Assembly (NCBI GenBank): GCA_964510165.1
Contig: CAZEBC010000033.1
Coordinates: 1 to 26,890, forward strand
DNA from: an uncultured bacterium
Lineage (GTDB): Bacteria > Abyssobacteria > SURF-5
Direction: 5' to 3'
DNA: 26,890 nucleotides
The notes under the pieces are model-generated. The model was not told the origin of the DNA, made no database searches, and saw only the letters and a program-made list of their open reading frames with translations. Positions 9,826 to 19,197 of this stretch are shown here, piece by piece. Position 1 is the stretch's first letter; every line of letters starts with the position of its first letter. A program made the translations under genes and the position numbers.

Positions 9826-9872
9826 ATACTATTTGTTGTGTTGCCGAGAGACCGGGACACTATATAATTTGT
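9826..9872. promoter_or_regulatory. Tandem NrdR-box-like sites
   Basis: ATACTATTTGTTGTGT (9826-9841, 13/16) and ACACTATATAATTTGT (9857-9872, 14/16) versus consensus acaCwAtATaTwGtgt; starts are 31 bp apart. Confidence 0.55.
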
Positions 9873-9891
9873 TTCGCCGACATCCATTTTG

Positions 9892-10242
9892 CTAGCTTTT
9901 CACCACGCCCGTATGAGGATCATACTTCCCCCGAAGCGCGTCCGCCCCTGTGCGGTCCCACAGCGGTATCCCCACATGGTAGGCCGCCCGGCTAATGAGG
10001 TGCGCGCCGACCGGCACCGTAATCACCAGAAAAGCAATGGTCGCAAGCGACAGCATCGTTATTCGGAGTTGATTGAAGTGGACGGCGAGCGAGAGAAGAC
10101 AAAAGCCTGCCCCGAGCGTGGACGCCTTCGAGGAGGCCGACACCCTCATGTAAAGGTCAGGGAGACGCAGAATCCCCAAACCGCTCACAAACATGAAAAA
10201 TGCCCCAATGAGCATGAATATCTGGCTTGCCGCCTCCCGCAT
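9892..10242 (-). CDS. mrpG: Mrp Na+/H+ antiporter subunit G
   Basis: G.LRLPDLY.R..ASSKASTLG, T.PVGAHLISRAAY. Confidence 0.95.
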   Translation of the reverse strand: MREAASQIFMLIGAFFMFVSGLGILRLPDLYMRVSASSKASTLGAGFCLLSLAVHFNQLRITMLSLATIAFLVITVPVGAHLISRAAYHVGIPLWDRTGADALRGKYDPHTGVVKS

Positions 10243-10245
10243 CGG

Positions 10246-10512
10246 TCAACCCCCTCTCCGGACGTGGTATGCGAACGCCACGGTCGTCAGAAACGCGATG
10301 AGCGCGGCAACAGCCGCGACATGCAGAAACAACCTCTCATTCGTCGCGACCGCATAAGCGGTCGTGAAGCCAATCCCGATTATTCCAAGCAAATCAAGTG
10401 CGATCACCCGATCCGGCAGGCTTGGGCCCAGGATGAGTCGGATAAAGGCGAGTACGAACGCCACGCTCAACACCGATAACGCCATGATGAAAACCGGATG
10501 CAACGGGTTCAT
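10246..10512 (-). CDS. mrpF: Mrp Na+/H+ antiporter subunit F
   Basis: RLILGPSLPDRVIALD, FLTTVAFA. Confidence 0.95.
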   Translation of the reverse strand: MNPLHPVFIMALSVLSVAFVLAFIRLILGPSLPDRVIALDLLGIIGIGFTTAYAVATNERLFLHVAAVAALIAFLTTVAFAYHVRRGG

Positions 10513-10982
10513 CTCACAACCTCCAGCAAGCGCCGCTCCAGCCCCTCTTTGACTTCTCTCTTGAATTGATACACGTCCCGGACGTACATGGCGTGAATGT
10601 AAAGCACTCGCTTGTCTTCCGACACATCCAGGCTGAGCGTGCCGGGGGTGAGCGTTATAAGGTTCGCCAAAAATGTGATCTCCGCATCGGTCTTCGCGTC
10701 AAGCGGGACGGCGATTATGCCCGGCGTCATCCTGTGGCGCGGCGTCAGCACATCATGCGCCACGCGGATATTCGCCTTGACCAACTCCCACAGGAAGTAA
10801 AGCGAGAAGCCGGTTACCTGGCGCATCTTCGTGAAATATACTGTCGAGGCTTCCGTCCGCTGGGTTAACCAAAGAATGACGTATCCGACGGCGTAACCCA
10901 ACAGGAAATTGGTCTCTGTGAATTGCCCGGTCAATGCCATCCACGCGACGGCCAGCAGAACGTTAGAGAGAAACAGTGTCAC
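10509..10982 (-). CDS. mrpE: Mrp Na+/H+ antiporter subunit E
   Basis: [33 protein letters not shown]. Confidence 0.95.
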   Translation of the reverse strand: MTLFLSNVLLAVAWMALTGQFTETNFLLGYAVGYVILWLTQRTEASTVYFTKMRQVTGFSLYFLWELVKANIRVAHDVLTPRHRMTPGIIAVPLDAKTDAEITFLANLITLTPGTLSLDVSEDKRVLYIHAMYVRDVYQFKREVKEGLERRLLEVVR

Positions 10983-12481
10983 GAAGCACCCCCCAAGACC
11001 GCCTCAATGTATCCACTCGGGTTCATCAGTTGTTCCCCGGCCCGAAACACAAGCGTCAGGAACGGATCGGTCATGAGCGCGATCACGGCCATGAGCAGCG
11101 CAAGCGCAATTATCGGGAGCAACAGCGCCACGCGGCTCCTCCAGTGGTCGCCGACCAACGGAGCGGGAACCTCAACGGGCGCCCGCTTCCAGAAAACTTC
11201 GTTCCATATCTTCGTCATCGAGTAAAGCGTGAGCAGTCCCACAAGCAGAGCCACTGCCGCTATCGCATAATCCCTGGTTTCGACTCCAGCCTTCACAAGA
11301 AGAAATTTCCCCCAAAAACCGGGGAGCGGCGGCATCCCCGCCAGCGAAAGCGCTGAAATCATGAAAAGCGAGGCCAACCCAGGCGATGCACTGTAAAGCC
11401 CGCCCAACTTCTTCAACTCGTACGTCCCCCTCATGCGGTGAACCACTCCGCTCACAAGAAACAGGCTGCTCTTGGCGATTATATTATGACAGATGAAGAA
11501 GACCGACCCCGCCAGCGAAAGCGGCGTGAAAAGGCCCAGCCCCATGACCATGTATCCGATCTGGCTCACTATGTGAAACGACAGAATGCGCCTGAACTCG
11601 TTGTGAGCGGCCGCCCCGAGCACCCCCGTCACCATAGTAAACCCCGAAACGACCAGGATAAGCCGGTGGGTCATCCCGACATCATGCACAAAGAGCAGCG
11701 TGAACACCCGGATGAGCGCATATACGCCTACCTTTGTGAGCAGCCCCGCAAAGATTGCCGATACGGCCACCGGAGGTGTATGGTAGGACGCAGGCAGCCA
11801 GAAGAACAGCGGGAAGATCGCCGCCTTTATCCCGAACGCGAGCAAGAACAGGAACGCCACGGTTGTCACCAATCCGGACGGCGATACCTCGGGCAGACGC
11901 CTCGCCAGGTCCGCCATGTTCAGTGTTCCCGCGACTCCGTACAAAATCCCGATCGCCGACAAGAACAGCGCCGATGACATCAGGTTCAAGGTGACATACT
12001 TGATCGCGCCCTCCAGTTGCGCCTTCTCGCCTCCAAGTTCCATGAGCACGAATGAGGAGATCAGCATCACCTCGAACCAGACATACATGTTGAATATGTC
12101 GCCCGTTAGAAACGAGCCGCATACCCCCATCAACAGCACATGCAGCAGCGGATAATACCCGAACGACTCACGCTCCCGATCCATCGCAACCAACGAATAC
12201 ACTGCAACGGCCAACCCCATCAGCCCTGCCATGACAACCATGATTGCGGAGAACAGGTCTGCCACAAGCGTGATGCCAAACGGCGCAGGCCAATTCCCGA
12301 TCTGAGTCGCCTGAATGCCCGATCCCCATATGGAACGCAGAAGCGCCAGCCCCGAGGCCAACAGACAGGCCGCGCCAGCCACGTTCAGCGCGCGCTGAGC
12401 GCCTCTCCGTCCCCATGCAAGCAGGCACACAATGGCCGTCAGGAACGGGATCAATATCGGAAAAAGCAGAAGCAGGTTCAT
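10979..12481 (-). CDS. mrpD: Mrp Na+/H+ antiporter subunit D
   Basis: [51 protein letters not shown]. Confidence 0.96.
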   Translation of the reverse strand: MNLLLLFPILIPFLTAIVCLLAWGRRGAQRALNVAGAACLLASGLALLRSIWGSGIQATQIGNWPAPFGITLVADLFSAIMVVMAGLMGLAVAVYSLVAMDRERESFGYYPLLHVLLMGVCGSFLTGDIFNMYVWFEVMLISSFVLMELGGEKAQLEGAIKYVTLNLMSSALFLSAIGILYGVAGTLNMADLARRLPEVSPSGLVTTVAFLFLLAFGIKAAIFPLFFWLPASYHTPPVAVSAIFAGLLTKVGVYALIRVFTLLFVHDVGMTHRLILVVSGFTMVTGVLGAAAHNEFRRILSFHIVSQIGYMVMGLGLFTPLSLAGSVFFICHNIIAKSSLFLVSGVVHRMRGTYELKKLGGLYSASPGLASLFMISALSLAGMPPLPGFWGKFLLVKAGVETRDYAIAAVALLVGLLTLYSMTKIWNEVFWKRAPVEVPAPLVGDHWRSRVALLLPIIALALLMAVIALMTDPFLTLVFRAGEQLMNPSGYIEAVLGGAS

Positions 12482-12499
12482 GGGGGATTATCAATTCCT

Positions 12500-12853
12500 T
12501 TATGGTGGCATATCCGTCGCCTGCATCTCGTCGAGGTCCGATGTGCCGACCGCCTGATATGTGCGCCGTATCAGCACCACGGCAAACGCCTGCACCCCGA
12601 AGCTTATCACGATCGCCGTCAGGATGAGCGCCTGCGGCAGCGGGTCGGCATACACGTCCGCAAGCTTCGTCATTCCTTCAGCCACTATCGGAGGCTCTCC
12701 CCGCGTGAGGCCGCCCATCATGAATATCAGCAGGTTCGCCCCATGGCTCAGGAGCGCCAGCCCCAGGATCAACTTGACGATGCTCCGGCGCATCATCATG
12801 TATAATCCTCCGGCGTACAGAGCTCCTACCACCAGTGCCAGCAGGATGTGCAT
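12500..12853 (-). CDS. mrpC: Mrp Na+/H+ antiporter subunit C
   Basis: [25 protein letters not shown]. Confidence 0.96.
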   Translation of the reverse strand: MHILLALVVGALYAGGLYMMMRRSIVKLILGLALLSHGANLLIFMMGGLTRGEPPIVAEGMTKLADVYADPLPQALILTAIVISFGVQAFAVVLIRRTYQAVGTSDLDEMQATDMPP

Positions 12854-12854
12854 G

Positions 12855-13262
12855 TCAGTCCTCCGCCAACGTAAAGATGATGGTCAACGACGCGCCGATA
12901 ACCACAAAGTACACACCGGCGTCGAACAACTGAGGAGTGCCAAACTTCCAGTCGAGCGGAAGCCCGACCTCGCTCCACAGACCGGTCAAGAACGGTTCGC
13001 GCGAGAAGAGCGCGATACAACCGCTGAGCAGCGCCGCCAGCAACCCCAGCCCGATCAGGACTTTCGGGTCCACGCGCAGAATCCGTCGGGCTTCTCCGAC
13101 GCCGTATGCGATGGTGTACAGCGCAAAGGCGGCGGCGGCAACCAGGCCTCCTACAAAGCCGCCCCCCGGCTCATTGTGGCCGTGAAGCAGCAGATACACC
13201 GACAAGATGAGCAGCAGCGGCAGAAGATACCTCGTTGCGGTCTTCAGGATTAGCGACCCCAC
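12855..13262 (-). CDS. mrpB: Mrp Na+/H+ antiporter subunit B
   Basis: [27 protein letters not shown] start with GGGGAG RBS. Confidence 0.95.
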   Translation of the reverse strand: MGSLILKTATRYLLPLLLILSVYLLLHGHNEPGGGFVGGLVAAAAFALYTIAYGVGEARRILRVDPKVLIGLGLLAALLSGCIALFSREPFLTGLWSEVGLPLDWKFGTPQLFDAGVYFVVIGASLTIIFTLAED

Positions 13263-13274
13263 GCGCTTCTCCCC

Positions 13275-15575
13275 CTACGTCCTGTCGCTCTTGTCCATGC
13301 ACAGCTTCAGCAGCGAGTACACTCCCACTGCCGCGACGGCGAGCACCGTGATCTCGCCCATGGTGTCCAGCGCCCGAAAATCAACCAGTATCACGTTTAC
13401 CACATTGCGGCCATGCGCCTTTGGATAACTGTTTTCGGCGAAGTACGAGGACAGCCGCGATCCCCGCGAGGCGGCAGTCGTCATGAGAACCAAAATGGTC
13501 ATCAGCACGCCCCCGGCCAGGGCGCCCAGCCCGTCCCGCACTCGCTCCGGCAGGCCGGAATATCTCGCGAACCTCGGCATTGGATACAGCACCAGCACGA
13601 GCAGGACCACCGTCAGCGTATCAATCGAGAACTGCGTGATCGCAAGGTCGGGCGCGCCATATATGATGTAGACAAGTCCCATGCCGTACCCCACAACTCC
13701 GAGGGCGGCAACCGCTGCAAACCGGGAGCGCGCGTGCACGACCGTTCCCGTAGCGCCGATGATAACCACCGCAATCAGCGCCTCAAAGAGCCTAAGGTCG
13801 TGCCAGCCGTGGAAACCGATAAGCCGAGAATGTCCCAATGAAGAGCAACTGACTATGCCGACCGTGGTCACGATAATGATGAGCAGATAAAGATGCAGGT
13901 GCCCGCTCTGGAGGATGATGGTCTGGAGCCGTGCGATGAGGTTCAGTCCGTCAAGCGCCTTCTCATATCCCCGAGACGGCCCCCACACGGGGCCATAATC
14001 CATCCGTGAAATCAGCCCCCGAACAAGGTCGCGCTTCATGAAAACCGCTCCCCCGATCGCAAGCGTCAAAACGCTCAGCAGAAGCGGCAGCGAGAAGCCG
14101 TGAAATAGAGCCAGATGGAGCGATATGTCTTCTCCCGCAACCGAAACAACGGCAGCAGAAACGACCCCCTCGGCGATGCTTGGGGCAAGCCCGCACATGA
14201 GTCCCAGCGCCGCAAGCAACATCGGCCCCACCCACATAACGGCCGGAGCCTCATGCGGCGCCTTCGGCAGGTCCGGTCGCGACCCGAAGAACGGGCGGAA
14301 ACCCACGATTCCCGCGATCGCCACCAGCAATATGCTCGTAACAACGGTAATCCCTGTCAGGAGTGAGGCGGTTAGGGGAGCCTCCAGCGTCGCCGAATAC
14401 AGAAGTTCCTTTCCGATGAATCCGAGCAGGGGCGGAACGCCCGCCATCGAAAGCGCCGCCACTACCGCCGCAACCGTGGTTATGGGCATCGCAGCCGACA
14501 AGCCGCCCAACTGTCTCACGTCGCGAGCGCCGCTTTCATGGTCAACGTTGCCCGCAACAAGAAACAGCGCCGCCTTGTACAAGGCATGCGCCGCCAGATA
14601 GGTCATCGCCGCCGCTACCGCAGCCTGTGTGCCGATCCCCAAGAGAAAAGTGAGCGCTCCAAGGACGCTGACCGTCGAATACGCCAGTATCCGCTTAAGG
14701 TCGAATTCCTTCATCGCCAGCAGAGCGCCCATGAGCATCGTGGTCGCGCCCGCAGCGATTATGATGGCCTGCCACGCCCGCGTGCCGCCCATCACCGGAC
14801 TCAGCCGCGCCAAGAGATAGACGCCCGCCTTCACCATCGTCGCCGAATGCAGGTATGTGCTGACGGGCGCGGGCGCCTCCATCGCGTTCGGAAGCCAGAA
14901 ATGGAATGGAAACTGCGCCGATTTCGTGAGCGCGCCGCCGAGTATCAATAGCAACGCAGGCGAATAGAGCCGATGGGAGCGGATAAGCTCGCCCTCCGCG
15001 AGCAAGTCCGAAAGCTCAAAGCTCCCGCTCATCTGCCACACCAGCAGGAATCCAAACAGCAGCGCAAGCCCGCCTATCCCTGTCACCAGCAGCGCCTGCC
15101 ATGCCGCCTTGCGGGCGGCCTCGCGCTCATGCTCGAAGCCGATGAGCAGATACGACGTCAGGCTGGTCAGCTCCCAAAACACAAAGAGCGCAATGACGTT
15201 GTCGCTCAACACTACGCCCAGCATCGAGGACATGAACCCAAGCATATAGGCATAGAACCGCCCAAGATGCGGATGACCGGCAAGATAGGAATTCGTGTAG
15301 AGCAGCACGAGCGCGCCGATGCCCGTGATGAGCAGCGAGAAGAGAAGGCTCAACCCGTCGAGCCGAAATGACAGATTCACTCCGAGCGCGGGCGTCCAGG
15401 AATAGGACGAGACGACGACTCCGCCCGCGACGACATCATTAATGTGAAATGCGAAAGAAAGGAACAGCGCCGCCGGGAACAAACTCATAGCCACTCCGGC
15501 GCGTCTGTGCAAAATGCGGTGTAATAATGGGGCGATAACAGACAGCAGAAGACCCCCCACGACAGCCCCTGGCAT
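13275..15575 (-). CDS. mrpA: Mrp Na+/H+ antiporter subunit A (group 1, separate from MrpB)
   Basis: [74 protein letters not shown]. Confidence 0.97.
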   Translation of the reverse strand: MPGAVVGGLLLSVIAPLLHRILHRRAGVAMSLFPAALFLSFAFHINDVVAGGVVVSSYSWTPALGVNLSFRLDGLSLLFSLLITGIGALVLLYTNSYLAGHPHLGRFYAYMLGFMSSMLGVVLSDNVIALFVFWELTSLTSYLLIGFEHEREAARKAAWQALLVTGIGGLALLFGFLLVWQMSGSFELSDLLAEGELIRSHRLYSPALLLILGGALTKSAQFPFHFWLPNAMEAPAPVSTYLHSATMVKAGVYLLARLSPVMGGTRAWQAIIIAAGATTMLMGALLAMKEFDLKRILAYSTVSVLGALTFLLGIGTQAAVAAAMTYLAAHALYKAALFLVAGNVDHESGARDVRQLGGLSAAMPITTVAAVVAALSMAGVPPLLGFIGKELLYSATLEAPLTASLLTGITVVTSILLVAIAGIVGFRPFFGSRPDLPKAPHEAPAVMWVGPMLLAALGLMCGLAPSIAEGVVSAAVVSVAGEDISLHLALFHGFSLPLLLSVLTLAIGGAVFMKRDLVRGLISRMDYGPVWGPSRGYEKALDGLNLIARLQTIILQSGHLHLYLLIIIVTTVGIVSCSSLGHSRLIGFHGWHDLRLFEALIAVVIIGATGTVVHARSRFAAVAALGVVGYGMGLVYIIYGAPDLAITQFSIDTLTVVLLVLVLYPMPRFARYSGLPERVRDGLGALAGGVLMTILVLMTTAASRGSRLSSYFAENSYPKAHGRNVVNVILVDFRALDTMGEITVLAVAAVGVYSLLKLCMDKSDRT

Positions 15576-15613
15576 CCATTCCTCTCCGCGTTAACTGGAC
15601 ACCCACACCCGCT

Positions 15614-15823
15614 CTACAGTGCTACCGGCTCACACAGATTCGCAGCCTTCGCCGCGGCCCGACCGCAAATGTGACACATATATTGCGCGTTCTTGGCGAG
15701 CCTTGCCACCTTGTCCATCTTCCGCTTCGTCGTCAACTCGCACAGATGGTTTGCATGACCGCTGTGAATTTTCTCGAGACTGTGCTCCGTAACGACCATC
15801 TTTTTCTTTATCTCGTCCATCAT
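15614..15823 (-). CDS. Small Cys/His-rich hypothetical protein (69 aa), probably metal-binding
   Basis: MMDEIKKK...HSGHANHLC...CHICGRAAAKAANLCEP; the longer ORF-track start (16087) runs through REP-like DNA and is unlikely. Confidence 0.7.
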   Translation of the reverse strand: MMDEIKKKMVVTEHSLEKIHSGHANHLCELTTKRKMDKVARLAKNAQYMCHICGRAAAKAANLCEPVAL

Positions 15824-15844
15824 CACACCCACCCTGTCAAGCTT

Positions 15845-16066
15845 GTAGGGGCGGCCCGGCTGGCCGCCCGGGATGCCTCCACGATTATAAGTTATCCTTC
15901 CTCTCCCTATAATATTCACAGTTAACAAGAGATAGGCAAGGCAAATCGCAGTGCGCTGATGAGAAACCCCACGGTCGCAGGGACGGCGGCCCTGCGTGGC
16001 CGCCCCACAGATGCGGGACAGCCTCAGTGGAGAGATTCTTTGTAGGGGCGCATGCTGCGCCCGTAC
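15845..16066 (+). repeat. Cluster of three GTAG-type REP-like palindromes
   Basis: GTAGGGGCGGCCCGGCTGGCCGCCC (15845-15869), GCAGGGACGGCGGCCCTGCGTGGCCGCCCC (15977-16006), GTAGGGGCGCATGCTGCGCCCGTAC (16042-16066). Confidence 0.75.
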
Positions 16067-16093
16067 CTGGAAAGCCTCAAGAAGCACATGTCA

Positions 16094-17137
16094 TCATGAC
16101 AGGCGCTCGTCGTATTCGATCCGCTCAATTTCCTCCCGGAACTCGTCGAGGAGGCGTTCCTTGTCAAGGTCGGGAAGAAAGCTGCCGCGCACGGCGTTCA
16201 GCGCCAGCGTCTTTATCTCCTCCCAGTCCAGCCCCAGCTCTTCCCGACACACGTTGTATTCCTGCGTGAGTGAAGTGTTGAACATGCCAGGATCGTCGCT
16301 GTTGACTGTCACCAGCAAACCACGCCTCAGGAAAACGGACAGCGGATGCTCGGAGTACGAGCGGATCGCGCCTGTCTTCAAGTTGCTCGTCGGACACATC
16401 TCGACCGCTATTCCGGCAATCCGCAAGTGCTCGAGAAGTTCATCGTCTCCGCGCGCCCCAAGTCCATGGCCGATCCGTTCCGCCCGGAGCGATTTGACGG
16501 CTCCCCACACGCTCGCGGGCCCGCCGACCTCGCCCGCATGCGCCACCGCGTGCAGCCCCTGCTTCCTCGCCCATGCGAACTGCTCGACAAACAACTCCGG
16601 TGAATAGTGAATCTCGTCGCCGCCCAGCCCGAGCGCGATGACGCCCGAGTCCTGATGCCGCGCCGCGTCTTTTGCTGTCTGCCATGCGTGCTCCTGGCCA
16701 AACTGCCGGCCAATATCGAGAATGAAGCGAACCTCCATCTTTCCCTCACGGCACGCTGCATTGACGCCGGCCTCAAGCCCCGCCATTATCTCGTCCATCG
16801 AAAGCCCGTTGAGCCGGTGCACCGTCGGCGCCATAGTGATCTCGGCATAGCGCACGTTCTGCGAACGCAGGCTCTGCACAACATCAATGCATGCAGTCTC
16901 GAAATCCTCAGCGTCCTGAAGACAACCGCATCTCTGCCGGTAGTCGTCAAGAAAATTGATGAGGTGGCCATATCCTCCCGAATGACGCCGGGGCGGCCGG
17001 CCGAGTTTAACCGAGTTCTTCTCGGCCAACTGCTCCATCGTCCTCGGCGAAATCGAGCCCTCCAAATGAACGTGAAGCTCAGCCTTCGGCATCCGCTCGA
17101 TGGCCCGCTCGAAATTATCTTGCCGCTCTCCGCTCAT
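16094..17137 (-). CDS. add: Adenosine/adenine deaminase
   Basis: PKAELHVHLEGS, AHAGE, ERIGHG, CPTSN, NSDDP. Confidence 0.93.
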   Translation of the reverse strand: MSGERQDNFERAIERMPKAELHVHLEGSISPRTMEQLAEKNSVKLGRPPRRHSGGYGHLINFLDDYRQRCGCLQDAEDFETACIDVVQSLRSQNVRYAEITMAPTVHRLNGLSMDEIMAGLEAGVNAACREGKMEVRFILDIGRQFGQEHAWQTAKDAARHQDSGVIALGLGGDEIHYSPELFVEQFAWARKQGLHAVAHAGEVGGPASVWGAVKSLRAERIGHGLGARGDDELLEHLRIAGIAVEMCPTSNLKTGAIRSYSEHPLSVFLRRGLLVTVNSDDPGMFNTSLTQEYNVCREELGLDWEEIKTLALNAVRGSFLPDLDKERLLDEFREEIERIEYDERLS

Positions 17138-17155
17138 GGCGCTCTTTCTGTAGAT

Positions 17156-18127
17156 TCACTTCCACGGCAAATTCGACAAGTCAACGTTGCCGCCCGAAAG
17201 AATGATCCCGATACTCCTGCCGACGATCCCGCTTCGATTCGCCAATAGCGCCCCCAGCGGAACCGCTCCCGACGGCTCCACCACGGTCTTCATCCGCTCC
17301 CATATCAGGCGCATCGCCTCAACGATCTCTTCCTCGGGCACGGTCACGATATCCTTGACGCGCTCTCGAATGATGGGAAAAGTCTTGTCGCCAAGCGAAG
17401 TCCGCAGGCCGTCCGCAATCGTTTGTGGATTGCTCGCAGGAATTATCCGCCCCGCATGGAACGAGCGGCGCGCGTCGTCCGCCCGCTCCGGCTCCGCGCC
17501 GATGACGACTGTCCCCGGCGAGACCGCATTCGCCGCAATCGAGGTCCCGCTCAGCAGGCCGCCGCCGCCGACCGGCGCCATCACGACATCGAGCCCCGGA
17601 AACTCCTCCAAGAGTTCAAGCGCGGCAGTGCCCTGTCCCGCTATCACGCGATAGTCGTTGTACGGAGGGATGTAGCATGCGCCGGTCCGCTCGACCACCC
17701 CGGCGAGCGCCTTCTCGCGCGCCCGCAGCGTCGGCTCGCAATACACGATCTCCGCGCCGTACCCGGCCACCGCCTCTTTCTTCACCCTCGGCGCGCTCTC
17801 CGGCATCACGACGTACGCCTTGATTTCGCGCCACCGTGCGGCCTGCGCAAGGGCGGCCGCATGGTTGCCCGATGAATGCGTCGCCACCCCTCGCGACGCC
17901 TCATCCTCGCTCAGCGAGAACACCGCGTTCGTCGCCCCACGGATCTTGAATGAGCCTGTCTTCTGAAGATTCTCGCACTTGAAAAACAATTCGGCATCGG
18001 CGAGGCGGTTCAACTCGCCGCATGTGAACACCGGCGTGCGATGAATGAAGGAAGAGATTCTCCTCGCGGCTTCGACAACTTCCCTGATGGTCGGAATGTT
18101 TTCATTAACCTCAGGCTGGTATTGCAT
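17156..18127 (-). CDS. PLP-dependent serine/threonine dehydratase / serine racemase family (no ACT domain)
   Basis: FKCENLQKTGSFKIRGA (PLP Lys), SSGNHA, PVGGGGLLSG, TIADGL, SGGNVD; ATG 18127 avoids overlap with the upstream gene. Confidence 0.9.
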   Translation of the reverse strand: MQYQPEVNENIPTIREVVEAARRISSFIHRTPVFTCGELNRLADAELFFKCENLQKTGSFKIRGATNAVFSLSEDEASRGVATHSSGNHAAALAQAARWREIKAYVVMPESAPRVKKEAVAGYGAEIVYCEPTLRAREKALAGVVERTGACYIPPYNDYRVIAGQGTAALELLEEFPGLDVVMAPVGGGGLLSGTSIAANAVSPGTVVIGAEPERADDARRSFHAGRIIPASNPQTIADGLRTSLGDKTFPIIRERVKDIVTVPEEEIVEAMRLIWERMKTVVEPSGAVPLGALLANRSGIVGRSIGIILSGGNVDLSNLPWK

Positions 18128-18149
18128 GCAAACGCTCCAATGATAAAGG

Positions 18150-18638
18150 TTATAGCGGACGAACACTCACAGCGGCCGCCATATCCAACCTTGCCCCGCT
18201 CGCCTGCGAAAGCTTCGCCGCCAATTTCCTGGATATCAAGAACGGAACAAACGGACATTTCGCAAACCGCAATTCGACCCTCGGAGAAAGCCATCTGCGG
18301 CGCTCCCCCTTCACGCTCACATCCTCCCAGGGAATGAACAGCGTCGGATGCGCGATCCGGAACGGGAATAAGATGGAAAGATATATGCCATACATGTTCG
18401 CGTCGATCGTCAAACAGCCATTGTAATTCGTTCCCCAGCGCAGTGACGCGCTCTGAAATCGAAACCGCTCTCCCGAACCGCTGTCAGTCGCCCGATAACT
18501 CTTCGCAAGCTCATGCCACCCGCCGAAGCGAGAAGCCATGGTCATCACGATAAGCCAACCAGCGACAAAGACCGGCGGAAACCATAGCGGAAACGTTGCA
18601 TCCTCATTCGTCACCATCAGCAGCCGCATCGCTTCCAT
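18150..18638 (-). CDS. Hypothetical membrane-anchored protein
   Basis: N-terminal TM segment, then GGWHELAKSY...YNGCL...GIYL...HP.LFIPW; tightly packed between neighbours; exact start uncertain. Confidence 0.75.
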   Translation of the reverse strand: MEAMRLLMVTNEDATFPLWFPPVFVAGWLIVMTMASRFGGWHELAKSYRATDSGSGERFRFQSASLRWGTNYNGCLTIDANMYGIYLSILFPFRIAHPTLFIPWEDVSVKGERRRWLSPRVELRFAKCPFVPFLISRKLAAKLSQASGARLDMAAAVSVRPL

Positions 18639-18642
18639 TCAG

Positions 18643-19185
18643 TCAAGCCCTCACGTGCGGCAGACCCAGCGCAACAACCGCCGCCCATGCGAGCACCTTG
18701 AATTCGCCCGCCGCGAGCGCGGCCTCGATTTCTTCCCTGCTCATTAGCAGCAACTGCTGCTCTTCCAGATCATCTGAAGCCGGCTCCGCCACGCGGCGCG
18801 CATCCGTCGCGAGAAACAGATGCGCAGTGCCCGCACCCCGGTTGCCGTCCACCGCATAGCTTCCCAAAAGCTTCCAATCCGAAGCCTCGTAACCGGTCTC
18901 CTCGCGAAGCTCACGCCGCGCGGCCTCGAACGGGTCCTCGCCTTCATCAAGATAGCCGCCCACCGGAGCGAGCGTGGTTCCCTCGACGGCATACTTGGTC
19001 TGACGAAAACAAAGGAATCTCTTGTCTTCGGTTATGGCGAGCACGTTCACGTAATCGGGCGTGACCAGCCACGGCCATTCCTTAAACACGCGGCCGTCAT
19101 CCAGTTCGACGGAATGATTTTCGACCTTCAGATACTTGCCAAGGTCAAGGATGGTTCGGCGGGAAAGCGTCTTCCACTGGCGCAT
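18643..19185 (-). CDS. NUDIX hydrolase (ADP-ribose pyrophosphatase-like)
   Basis: Nudix box GGYLDEGEDPFEAARRELREETGY. Confidence 0.93.
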   Translation of the reverse strand: MRQWKTLSRRTILDLGKYLKVENHSVELDDGRVFKEWPWLVTPDYVNVLAITEDKRFLCFRQTKYAVEGTTLAPVGGYLDEGEDPFEAARRELREETGYEASDWKLLGSYAVDGNRGAGTAHLFLATDARRVAEPASDDLEEQQLLLMSREEIEAALAAGEFKVLAWAAVVALGLPHVRA

Positions 19186-19197
19186 TCGGCTGTCCGT

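Noticed and set aside
7395-9995. Plus-strand ORFs of 398 aa and 289 aa opposite atpI
   Set aside because: Shadow ORFs fully overlapping confident minus-strand genes.
15824-16087. N-terminal extension of the small Cys/His protein
   Set aside because: It is translated REP-like and AT-rich intergenic DNA.
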